Made by a program: the position numbers and the translations under genes | DNA from: a virus | Taxonomy: Duplodnaviria; Caudoviricetes | IMG/VR virus record: IMGVR_UViG_3300048598_000076 | Location: 1 to 33,699 of that record | Reading direction: 5' to 3' (one strand) | DNA: 33,699 nucleotides | Notes under the pieces: generated by a model | Database searches by the model: none | Told to the model about the DNA's origin: nothing | Seen by the model: the letters and a program-made list of their open reading frames with translations, nothing else | In this document: piece after piece, positions 23,327 to 31,529 of the stretch | Numbering within the stretch: the stretch's first letter is position 1 | Layout of the letters: each line of letters opens with the position of its first letter

Positions 23327-23535
23327 TACTGGAACCAGTTTTCGCAACCGGGGTTCGCAATAACAGCAGCTTTGCACGCGGCAATAATCTCGCCGTACGT
23401 GGTGCTATTGACTACGGCGATTTCAGCAACATCACCATCGCGCAAAATGTCGCGGTCATTATCAATATCCACAACTCGGCACTCCACCGCGCCAAGGTCG
23501 GGACGAATCTGCTTAACTACAATTTCGCGTGTCAT
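23326..23535 (-). CDS. hypothetical protein (69 aa)
   Basis: Tightly packed between the fibre-like gene and the peptidase. Confidence 0.65.
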   Translation of the reverse strand: MTREIVVKQIRPDLGAVECRVVDIDNDRDILRDGDVAEIAVVNSTTYGEIIAACKAAVIANPGCENWFQ

Positions 23536-23536
23536 G

Positions 23537-25063
23537 TTAGTATTTTTTTTCGATTGTTAATATGTATACCAAAAGATTCCCGGTGATCGTGCTGTTGTTC
23601 TTCTTCAAGTAGACATTCGTCGCGGCGGTAAGCGAAAAAGGAACCTTCTTTAAGGAGTCCGCTTGGAGTAGTGCAATGGCGGATACATCAAGCGCCGACA
23701 CCACGGCGGCAGGCGTGCCAGAGGTTCCAACCGAAAGAGTTATCCCGGTGCCGAAGCCTTCGGAGACGTTGGCTTGGAACTCAACAGGAACCCAACCAGC
23801 AGGGATGGCAGTGAGTAGGGTGGTGCCAGCAAGGCTGCTGATGGCAGAGTGAAGAATTGAACCCCGAATGTTCACCCGCTGGCCTACAATATCGCGGGTT
23901 GTTGCTGGGACAGCCCCGCTGCCTAACACCCAATCGCGAGCTGCACCGGACGAGTCGGGGTAGTTGGGGCCCAACCCGTTCCAGTTGGGGTCCATTTCGG
24001 CAACGCATCCAAGGACTTCTACCTTATAGGAGAAACTTGCAGACGTATTTGGGGGAAATTTACAAAAAAAGCCATAGGAAGTATTGGCTTCCAAATTAGT
24101 CCTCGAATAAACTCCATCAGCAACACCACTAACAGGTTGATTATTCATCAGATAAAAAGTAACATCTCCACTAACGGAAGCCCCCATAATTGTAATACGT
24201 ATTTGTTTTCCAGCAAGAAGGTTGTTGCCTGAGGATGTATAGAGATTCAGATAAAGATCCGATGCACTGGTATTATTTATATTTACCGCTGAAGCCGTTG
24301 CCGTTCCGTAACTTAAAGCTCCCCCACCGATGGTATCTATCACCTTTTCCCCCGCTCCACCACTAGCGTACCACCAGTTTGGATATTGCCCCTTTGTCGC
24401 CAGCGCGACCGCTTCAGCATCGGTGAATGACCCGAGGTAGGCGGCGCTGCGATGGAAGCCGGAAGATTGGTTTGCCCCATTGATACTTCCCGCGTCTATA
24501 TAGGTCATGTCAACCACCTGAGACCACGCTGGGGGAGTGCCTCCGGTTGATTCCGCAATTGCTAGAGTCGTTCCGTTTACCCGAGGAACAAACGTAGTGC
24601 CATTAAGCTCGCACTGAAGCAAGATGCGTTGGCCTGAATAAGTTGTCCGCGCTCCAGTAATAGTTGCGAGCCGATAATCTGTTGATGCCGTCGCGCCATA
24701 CAGCCAGAACTCAAGATTGTTGCCGTACCAGCTTAGCTTAGCTGAATACGCAGAGCCATCCACACCAGCCAATGAGAACGCGGCTATTACTTGCCTAGTG
24801 CCAACGCTCGCGGTTGGGGTGTCGATTCTAGCCAGTAACCCCTTGCTCCCTGCCACCTGGCCCAAAGCCGTGTAGCATGGTATTCTCCCCTGTGTCCCCG
24901 GCAAGAGAAGCCCTTGAGGAGATGGGCGAGAAGCAAACATCGACGATAATACTGTAGTCTTTAGTTTTCGTGACCCATTTATTACGCCATCGGTTCCAAT
25001 GTAGTCGTCAGGGTCTAGCGACGTTGCTTCGTTCGTGCGGTCTTTTACGCGTAATTGTGTCAT
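23537..25063 (-). CDS. putative receptor-binding / appendage protein with a lectin (LamG/ConA)-like beta-rich domain
   Basis: 508 aa, G/S/T/A-rich and beta-rich; short N-terminal attachment-type segment (DDYIGTDG..GSRK). The fold call is tentative. Confidence 0.55.
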   Translation of the reverse strand: MTQLRVKDRTNEATSLDPDDYIGTDGVINGSRKLKTTVLSSMFASRPSPQGLLLPGTQGRIPCYTALGQVAGSKGLLARIDTPTASVGTRQVIAAFSLAGVDGSAYSAKLSWYGNNLEFWLYGATASTDYRLATITGARTTYSGQRILLQCELNGTTFVPRVNGTTLAIAESTGGTPPAWSQVVDMTYIDAGSINGANQSSGFHRSAAYLGSFTDAEAVALATKGQYPNWWYASGGAGEKVIDTIGGGALSYGTATASAVNINNTSASDLYLNLYTSSGNNLLAGKQIRITIMGASVSGDVTFYLMNNQPVSGVADGVYSRTNLEANTSYGFFCKFPPNTSASFSYKVEVLGCVAEMDPNWNGLGPNYPDSSGAARDWVLGSGAVPATTRDIVGQRVNIRGSILHSAISSLAGTTLLTAIPAGWVPVEFQANVSEGFGTGITLSVGTSGTPAAVVSALDVSAIALLQADSLKKVPFSLTAATNVYLKKNNSTITGNLLVYILTIEKKY

Positions 25064-25065
25064 GG

Positions 25066-25524
25066 TTACATGGAAGATTTAAATGCCCAAGCGACATCAT
25101 TTCCAGATGCGTCGCTTACAGTGTTTCCGCCAGAGTCGATTTCGACCATTGAAGCGCCCGTGACTTCAACCTGCGTCCGAAGCGCGCCAGAGCCAGCAAG
25201 CGCGGTATTTGCTTTCGTACTGAGTGCGACCGTTGCTATAAGTGCGCCAGAGCCAGATACAGATGTGACAAGCTTCGTTTGCTTTGCGACTAAAGCCGTC
25301 AGCGAACCTACGCCAGCAAGCGGCGTAATAGCCTTGGTCGTTTTGGCAACTGATGCGGATAGCGTGCCAGATCCAGAAAGTGCCGTCTGCGCCTTGGTGT
25401 GTTTTTTGACCGATGCGACCAGCGAACCGACGCCAGCAATGACAGCACGAGCGCCCGTGAGCTTGAGCGCACTATGGGCAAGCGTGGCAGTCAGCCGGCG
25501 AACGGTGATAGTCGCGGTTAGCAT
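25066..25524 (-). CDS. fibre-shaft-like protein with 20-aa repeats
   Basis: Five repeats of x(L/I/V)(A/S)G(V/S)G(S/T/A)L.A.V.K.TK. Confidence 0.7.
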   Translation of the reverse strand: MLTATITVRRLTATLAHSALKLTGARAVIAGVGSLVASVKKHTKAQTALSGSGTLSASVAKTTKAITPLAGVGSLTALVAKQTKLVTSVSGSGALIATVALSTKANTALAGSGALRTQVEVTGASMVEIDSGGNTVSDASGNDVAWAFKSSM

Positions 25525-25955
25525 TAGGCGGAAGTCATTGTAAGCACGATGCCAGAAGCGGGGATGGTCACGGTCTGACCAGCGCCGGTGACGGTGAAGG
25601 TGATCGTACTGCCGGCGGTGTCTTTGATTAGCGAACCGGCGAGAAGGTTGCCTGCGGTCGGTGCGTCGTAAAAGCGGACGCAGTTGAATGCCGCGGACGA
25701 GGACCAGGCTGCGCCAGACTCGGGGAAAGAAAACGCATTCGCGAGCGTGACAACGCCCGTAGTTGGCGCCGGAAAGTTAGTATCACTGTTCGTGATACTG
25801 GCGCGCGCGTAACTCGTGCCACTGGCTTCAGTTCCGCCAGTGAGTTCATTTGAGGCACCAGTGATTAACGCGGCATAGATCGTAGCAGGAGAGCCGCCGC
25901 CAAGGATGGCGACAGCTGCGCGGTTCAAGGAAGCGGTGGCGAGGGTTGCACTCAT
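25524..25955 (-). CDS. virion structural protein (fibre/neck-associated)
   Basis: IY.AL.T......GGTE.SG.SYAR.......F.A...G...L......FP.....W......YDAPTAGNLL, a widespread phage structural family. Confidence 0.7.
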   Translation of the reverse strand: MSATLATASLNRAAVAILGGGSPATIYAALITGASNELTGGTEASGTSYARASITNSDTNFPAPTTGVVTLANAFSFPESGAAWSSSAAFNCVRFYDAPTAGNLLAGSLIKDTAGSTITFTVTGAGQTVTIPASGIVLTMTSA

Positions 25956-26281
25956 GAGATGGTTGGTTTGTTGATTGTAATATAGCCCGTGAGCGCCACG
26001 GACTTTTGCGCGGATGTTTCTCCGATGATTGTGAAATGGTAAGAGCCGGATAAATCGTCAGACTGCGAGGCAGGAATCGTGATGAGTACGGTAGCGGTTG
26101 CGGTGGTCGTGCTCGTAACGCTGATACCAGAGCCGAGCGTTTTGCTAATCAGTACGGCGGCGTCTTTCGACGTGCGAAGCTCGAAGCGGCAGCCTGTCAG
26201 AGTGAGCGCGCCGCTTGACTCGGTAAGCACGGCGGAAAGCAGCATGTCCTCGCCTGCGGTGAATGTGATATGGTCACTCAT
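25952..26281 (-). CDS. BppU-N-like Ig-type structural protein
   Basis: AGED......LTG..F.LR......LI.K..GSGI.......I.I......L.G.Y........LTG.I.I. Confidence 0.55.
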   Translation of the reverse strand: MSDHITFTAGEDMLLSAVLTESSGALTLTGCRFELRTSKDAAVLISKTLGSGISVTSTTTATATVLITIPASQSDDLSGSYHFTIIGETSAQKSVALTGYITINKPTIS

Positions 26282-26859
26282 GCGACAAAGCCTCCAATGC
26301 GGTGCATCTCGAGAAGTGCGCGGAATGCGTGCGGAACTTCAGTGACGATGTTTCCTATATTTACGGACGCGCGAACGTCATAAAGATGCGCGATCTGCAA
26401 AAGCATCGCCTGCCTTAAGCCGTGCGGAATCGTGCTCGGTGTGGTGGAGTAGGTGACGCGCACGGCATCAGGACGAATTGCCAGCGCTGGGAAACTGTAG
26501 CTGTCCTTGAAGATCACGCGCGAAGGTTCCCCCTCGGCAAGAAAGTAGTTGCTCGCATCGACCGTGACCGCGGCGCCGTAGCCATCGGGAAGATAATCAA
26601 TCGTTGTGATTGAGGAGGCTGGAGAGCGGTCAAGGTCGATGGAGTAGGTAGTCTCTGGCCAGTCGGCGCAGAGCAGCTTGCGAGTCTCGGCGGCCAGCGC
26701 GCGGCCCGTCAGCATTTCGACTTGTGTGCGCACTGCCTGAATCAGAGATGCAATGTAGTCTTCATCTGCCGTGTCACTGACACGGCAATGACCCATTGCC
26801 TCTTGAACCGTCACAGGCTCAAGCGCGGCAGGCGTGACAAGTATCGTTGAAGTTCGCAT
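26278..26859 (-). CDS. head-tail adaptor (HK97 gp6 / SPP1 gp15-like)
   Basis: P..EPVT..EA..H.RV....ED.YI..LI.A....E..TGRAL...P..LRQAMLL..AHLY..R. Confidence 0.92.
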   Translation of the reverse strand: MRTSTILVTPAALEPVTVQEAMGHCRVSDTADEDYIASLIQAVRTQVEMLTGRALAAETRKLLCADWPETTYSIDLDRSPASSITTIDYLPDGYGAAVTVDASNYFLAEGEPSRVIFKDSYSFPALAIRPDAVRVTYSTTPSTIPHGLRQAMLLQIAHLYDVRASVNIGNIVTEVPHAFRALLEMHRIGGFVA

Positions 26860-26915
26860 GGTCGCTCTAAAGAGCCCTCCTTGCTGAATGGCTCGAAGAA
26901 AGGCCGATGCCTTGG

Positions 26916-27827
26916 TTAAGCGGTGCCAGATGCAGCGCCTACGAATGACTCGCCGGTCACGCCAGTCGGCTGCGTGGTCGGCTCCGATGCGTTGCCGTAA
27001 ACAATCGCCTCAGAACTTGCGACGACTGCGTTTTGCGTCGCGCGCGAAACGTAGAGGCGAAGGTTCGGAAGGCGCGGCTTGCTGATGTCGATATATAAAA
27101 CCGTTCCGTCTGCAGTGTCGGCAACCGTCTGCGAAGTGCCGCTGATGTCGGCGAATGAGTAGTTGAGCGTCCGAAGCTCAAGGTCCTCGGTTGCGGTCGC
27201 TGCCCATGAGCTGCCATCGTTGGCCTGACTATTGCCACCAGAGGCCACGGTCAGCGAACGCCAGATGATATTGACAGTGCCAGAAACGTCGTAATCGCCA
27301 GCGAGAACGAAGTGGTACTTCGTTGTTGCGGCGAGGTCGACGGGCTTTGAGAATGTGAACTTCACCCAATCAAATGTAGTTCCGATGCTTGAGCAAAGCA
27401 CAGTGCCAGCGGTGCCGAGCGCGGTGCCAGTCGGTGCGCCTGAGTTGTCGCCCTCGACGGTAAGCGTTAATATTTTCCCTGCCGCGATTGTGCCAGCGCG
27501 CTTGAGCATCAGCCACACCGAGTCAACCTGGGAAGCGGCTACGGTGGTATAAGTAGCGGCAAGCTTGACTTTTGAGTTCGCTGCCTCGCGAAGCTCATTT
27601 AGGGTTTCGCCTGCGACGGTCTTGTCGATCAAAATAGCGGAATCGGCGGAGTGCTGCGCCTTGATGGAGGTTTCGGCCCCACTGGTGATTACTCCGAACG
27701 TGGTAACGATCAAAGCGCCCTCTGCGCCAGCCATGTCAATGACAGCGCCAGGAATCGCGGTTGTTCCAGCTGCGCCCTCGGTAGGCGTAATGCACTGGAC
27801 GATACGGGAAGATTTGATAAGTTGCAT
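26916..27827 (-). CDS. capsid decoration/cement-like protein with an inserted domain
   Basis: VIDMAG.EG...K.QHS.DS / FADISGT...IDI.KP...LRL.V.R flanks interrupted by ~160 aa; start MQLIKSS after AAAGGA. Confidence 0.6.
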   Translation of the reverse strand: MQLIKSSRIVQCITPTEGAAGTTAIPGAVIDMAGAEGALIVTTFGVITSGAETSIKAQHSADSAILIDKTVAGETLNELREAANSKVKLAATYTTVAASQVDSVWLMLKRAGTIAAGKILTLTVEGDNSGAPTGTALGTAGTVLCSSIGTTFDWVKFTFSKPVDLAATTKYHFVLAGDYDVSGTVNIIWRSLTVASGGNSQANDGSSWAATATEDLELRTLNYSFADISGTSQTVADTADGTVLYIDISKPRLPNLRLYVSRATQNAVVASSEAIVYGNASEPTTQPTGVTGESFVGAASGTA

Positions 27828-27828
27828 G

Positions 27829-28038
27829 TTATCCTTTGCGATTACGCCGAATCCTCGGCGCTTCTGCGGTTTCTGTGTGAAGGATTGGAAGCGCCGCACA
27901 CTCAATGACTGGCTCCGCGCTTGTCGCGTACCCACCGCGCACGAGGGCTAGCGCCTCTTCGTTTGGCAGGTCTGCTTCCTGACCCGGCTGGATAGTTCCA
28001 GCCGGACCAGCATAAAGCGTGATTAGCGTCACTTTCAC
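27829..28038 (-). CDS. small head-associated protein
   Basis: MKV.L.T.YAGP.G...PG...D....EA..LV..GYA, common immediately after HK97-type capsid genes. Confidence 0.75.
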   Translation of the reverse strand: MKVTLITLYAGPAGTIQPGQEADLPNEEALALVRGGYATSAEPVIECAALPILHTETAEAPRIRRNRKG

Positions 28039-28067
28039 GGAATGTGCGGCGCGTTTCGTTGGTTGGC

Positions 28068-29258
28068 TTAGCCGAGCTTGACGCGGGCAAAGCCGAGGGA
28101 ATCGACAGGCGCGCCGTCGGTGGACAGGCGACCGATGAAGCCAATCTGATTCGTTCCAGCATACAGCTCGTTGAGGCGCTGAATGGTGTACGGAATCTGG
28201 TCGACAATCATATACTTCGTCAAATCTGCAAATGCGCCGACATAGAGGCCGGTGGTGAACGTATTCGGCACGTACTCGCTTTCGAGCACGGGATAGCCAA
28301 GCAGCGTGTCAGGCTGACCAGCGGTAAGACCGGCCTGCCAGACGTAGGTTGTATCACCGCTGATGCCCGTCTTTAGCTTGCGGATCATCTTGACTGCATC
28401 GCGATGGAACAGCCACTTTCCGTTCTTGCGATACTGCGCCTTGACTGAATAGAGAGCATTCTGCAGGCCGTCGCTCGTTATTGCGCTGGTGGTGTTGTCC
28501 GTCGAGACATCGCGATCAGTATTAATTCCGTTCGCGCTTGCAGTGAAAATTCCGAGCGGCTGCCCAGTGCCGTTTCCGGTTAGAAAAGCCTTTTCCTGGG
28601 TCACGGCGAACTTGTAGGCCAGGCGCTCATTCACAATCTCCTCAGGGCCGCGAGAGGCGATCTGCAAAAGCTTCATCGAAACCTTTACAAGCTTGGAAAG
28701 CATAGCTGGGGCCATTGTGCGCTTACCAAAGGCCATCGTACTATCGGCAGAAACGGACTGAACTTCGGTGGTCCAGTCGGCGTCAGACGGATCGGCGGTA
28801 ATAGTCGGGACACCGAGATTGGCAAACGCGGTGAGCGTTTCCTTCGTGGCGAACTGGCGAATGTGGAGCAGGTCATCAAGCTTCTTGATGAGCGTGCTGG
28901 ACAGCTGCGTCGGAACGACGATGTTGCCACCCTCGGCAGCGGTGTCGGCGGAGAGGTCGCGGCGCTCGCCGGTCAGGAGGAAGTTCCTGAAGTTCTCGGC
29001 GTACTTCTTGGCGCGGGTTTCGCCTTCGTTCTGCTCGCCCTGAACGGCATTGCTGGAAGTGGCGGCAAGCTCCTTCTCGCGCTTTTCCTGGCGCTCGGCA
29101 ACTTGGATGTTCTGTTCGAGGCCGGCGATGTCTTTTTCGATGTCGTCAACCTTCTTCAGCTCGTCGGCGTTAAGAGCGCGATTGCTCGCGCTGTTCTGGA
29201 CTTTGCGGACCTCTTCAATGAGGGAGGCACGCTTCTGGCGGAGTTCTGCGATAGTCAT
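28068..29258 (-). CDS. major capsid protein, HK97 fold with N-terminal delta (scaffold) domain
   Basis: Coiled-coil N-terminus; EGGNIVVP, AFLTGNGTGQPLGI, IRKLK....YVWQ.GL..GQPDTLLGYPV, R.DG; start MTIAEL. Confidence 0.97.
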   Translation of the reverse strand: MTIAELRQKRASLIEEVRKVQNSASNRALNADELKKVDDIEKDIAGLEQNIQVAERQEKREKELAATSSNAVQGEQNEGETRAKKYAENFRNFLLTGERRDLSADTAAEGGNIVVPTQLSSTLIKKLDDLLHIRQFATKETLTAFANLGVPTITADPSDADWTTEVQSVSADSTMAFGKRTMAPAMLSKLVKVSMKLLQIASRGPEEIVNERLAYKFAVTQEKAFLTGNGTGQPLGIFTASANGINTDRDVSTDNTTSAITSDGLQNALYSVKAQYRKNGKWLFHRDAVKMIRKLKTGISGDTTYVWQAGLTAGQPDTLLGYPVLESEYVPNTFTTGLYVGAFADLTKYMIVDQIPYTIQRLNELYAGTNQIGFIGRLSTDGAPVDSLGFARVKLG

Positions 29259-29293
29259 GTGCGTATCCTTGTTTTGTTGTTGTTCCTCCCTCA

Positions 29294-29872
29294 TCAGAGG
29301 GTCATGGAAAGAAGCTTGAGGCGTGCGGCGTTGAGCCGGTCGCTTGCGGCAGTGTCGCCCGTGTTGCCGATGGCGCTTTGCACCGAACGCGCGGCAATGC
29401 TCGTCTCGGGGTAAGCGGGCATGGTGACTGGAGAGACTTCGTGAAGTTCAACGTCGATCAGCTCGCGAAGGACAATGCCGTCTGCGCGCGTCACCTCGTC
29501 GTTAATGGTCGAGAAACTGAAGGACATGCCCTCGATGTTTCCGCTCTTCACGTCCGCAAGAACGTCACGCGCCGAAGATGAATCATTGAGCGTAATTTCC
29601 ACGCGCAAACCCTTGTCGTCCTCTTCTAGCTTGAGCGTGCCCTTGCTGCGCCTGGCAAGCGGTCGGCTGCGGTCATGGTGAGCAAGCGCAAGAATATCAT
29701 CGTTTGCCTCAAGCGAGCGCTTGAATGCACCCTTGCGGATAACCTCAAAGAAGCCGCCGAGGTCGAGAGAGCGGGAATTAAATAGCGCGGCGTAACCAAC
29801 AAGCACGCTTGGCTTTCCTTCTTCAGATCGCAGCTCAATGCCTTTCAGTGCGCGTTTTTCAAAGTCTTTCAT
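29294..29872 (-). CDS. prohead maturation protease (HK97 family)
   Basis: LVGYAALFN..S.DLGGF.E.I..GAF, AL.HHD, GMSFSF, L.EVSPVT.PAYP.T; start MKDFEKR. Confidence 0.95.
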   Translation of the reverse strand: MKDFEKRALKGIELRSEEGKPSVLVGYAALFNSRSLDLGGFFEVIRKGAFKRSLEANDDILALAHHDRSRPLARRSKGTLKLEEDDKGLRVEITLNDSSSARDVLADVKSGNIEGMSFSFSTINDEVTRADGIVLRELIDVELHEVSPVTMPAYPETSIAARSVQSAIGNTGDTAASDRLNAARLKLLSMTL

Positions 29873-31145
29873 TGCGTTCCTTTTTTGGCTCGGTGATTGC
29901 GCCGAGCCGAGTAAAGTTAAGCGGCTGCATATAGCCGTCTCCACCCTCTATGCGGTTCTGATCCTCCAGGTCGCGAACATCATTCGGTGACAGCCAACCA
30001 CCCTCTCTCCCGATGCGGTAAGCCTCGTATCGGCTTTTCATGTCGCCACGCAAAAGCCCGTCGATTGAGAACTTGATGAAGTAGATCTTGCGCTCTGATG
30101 GAGTTAGAAGAACGCGGTTCATCCGCTGCTCCCATCTGACAATATGTGGAAGCATGCAGTCGGTGACAAACTCGATGGCCTGATGCTCGATGTTCGAGAA
30201 TGTCGCGTTCGTCAGGTCTGCAATCTTGTGCGGAGGAACACGGAAGATTCGCGCGATGTCGGTTACTTGAAATTTGCGCGTATCCAAAAACTGCGCATCC
30301 TCATTGCTCATCGAGTTTGGGTTGTACTTAAGCCCACCCCAAACAACGCCGACCGAAGATTGATTATGGCCAGTTTGCGCGTTGGTCCACTCCTCCTTCA
30401 GCCTTCGCACCTGATCCGGCGTCAGATTACCAGGAGCCTCAAGCACGCCAGAAGGCTTTGCGCCATTACCGAAGAAGCGAGCTCCATGCTCTTCTGTGGC
30501 CATTGCCAGCCCGATTGATTCGCGGGCAAGCGTGATGGGTGAATAGCCCATGAGCCCGTCAGGGCCAAGGCCGCGAACGTGAAGAAGTTCGCCACCGTTG
30601 AAAATTTCGCGAGATCCGTCGCGGTGCGTGAAAGAGTAGTACGGCTTACCACCATTCTCGAATACAGCAACGCGGTCAGGCGCAAGCGGATCAATGGATA
30701 CGACGTTGCCTGCACCATTTCTGCGCACAGCAGCATAGCTATTTCCACGTAGACAGATATGAGACTGCATTAGCTCGCGCAGTTCGTATGATGTCATCAG
30801 GTCATTCGGTGAGTCGTGCAACACTGAATACAAGGGATGATCAACAGCAATATCCTTATCGTTACCATTACGCCGGTATAGATGTAGTGGAAGCGCAGCA
30901 AGTGTGCTTGATATGACTCCTACACATGCATTTACGGCAGACACCTTAAGCGCGGTGCCGATTGATACATTTGCTCCTGAAGCAGTAGGCTGATCAAACA
31001 GCGCCCCAGCCTTGTCGCTTTCGATTGGATACGAAACAAGCGCCGAGCGAACGGCAGCGCTGAAGAGCGAGGAAATGCCAAAGCGGTCTGCGAGCTTACC
31101 AGCTGCGGACTTTACCCAAGAACGGGCTTCGCTTCTTTGTGCCAC
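29859..31145 (-). CDS. portal protein (HK97 family)
   Basis: SAVNACV..IS..LA.LP, L.GNSYA, G.SPI...RE.IG, FF.NGA.P.GVL, DAQFL.TRKFQ..DIARIFRVPPH, FSNIEHQ. Confidence 0.97.
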   Translation of the reverse strand: MAQRSEARSWVKSAAGKLADRFGISSLFSAAVRSALVSYPIESDKAGALFDQPTASGANVSIGTALKVSAVNACVGVISSTLAALPLHLYRRNGNDKDIAVDHPLYSVLHDSPNDLMTSYELRELMQSHICLRGNSYAAVRRNGAGNVVSIDPLAPDRVAVFENGGKPYYSFTHRDGSREIFNGGELLHVRGLGPDGLMGYSPITLARESIGLAMATEEHGARFFGNGAKPSGVLEAPGNLTPDQVRRLKEEWTNAQTGHNQSSVGVVWGGLKYNPNSMSNEDAQFLDTRKFQVTDIARIFRVPPHKIADLTNATFSNIEHQAIEFVTDCMLPHIVRWEQRMNRVLLTPSERKIYFIKFSIDGLLRGDMKSRYEAYRIGREGGWLSPNDVRDLEDQNRIEGGDGYMQPLNFTRLGAITEPKKERNERL

Positions 31146-31200
31146 GCATAAAAACTTGCGCCTCGCGTTTTAAAAGCTCCACAAGCAACAGCTGCAAGTT

Positions 31201-31236
31201 TGTCCGCTATGTCCGCTTGTGTCCGTTGTGTCCGCT
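31201..31236. repeat. four direct repeats TGTCCG(C/T)T
   Basis: Copies start at 31201, 31210, 31220 and 31229 (spacing 9, 10, 9) in the HTH-portal intergenic gap. Confidence 0.9.
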
Positions 31237-31247
31237 AATAATGGATA

Positions 31248-31529
31248 CTATAAGGAAGCGAACCCTGCGCACGTCGGCGCTTTGCTGCAGAACATTGACA
31301 GGCTCTCAGCGTCGATCTGGATGCGGCGCGGCCCAACCCTGCGCCCAGTGATGAAACCTTTTGACCACCAGCGAACGATTGTTTTTTGCGAGACTCCGTA
31401 AGCCTTGGCTGCGTCTTGCGTCCAGAGCCACTGCTCCGGCTTGCCTGGCTTCAAAACAAACGAGCCATCACCACGCGGCAAAAGCTCGGCGCCTGAGATT
31501 ATGTAAAGTCGTCTTGGTTCTTCGTTCAT
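31248..31529 (-). CDS. MerR/Xis-like winged HTH protein between terL and portal
   Basis: WLWTQDAAKAYGVSQKTIVRWWSKGFITGRRVGPRRIQIDAESL; ATG overlaps the terL stop (ATGA). Confidence 0.85.
   Translation of the reverse strand: MNEEPRRLYIISGAELLPRGDGSFVLKPGKPEQWLWTQDAAKAYGVSQKTIVRWWSKGFITGRRVGPRRIQIDAESLSMFCSKAPTCAGFASL

Noticed and set aside
31521-31529. TGAACGAA at the terL stop as another cassette junction
   Set aside because: Explained by the overlapping ATG AAC GAA start of the HTH gene and lacks the upstream YCAAY part; noted as a background occurrence.
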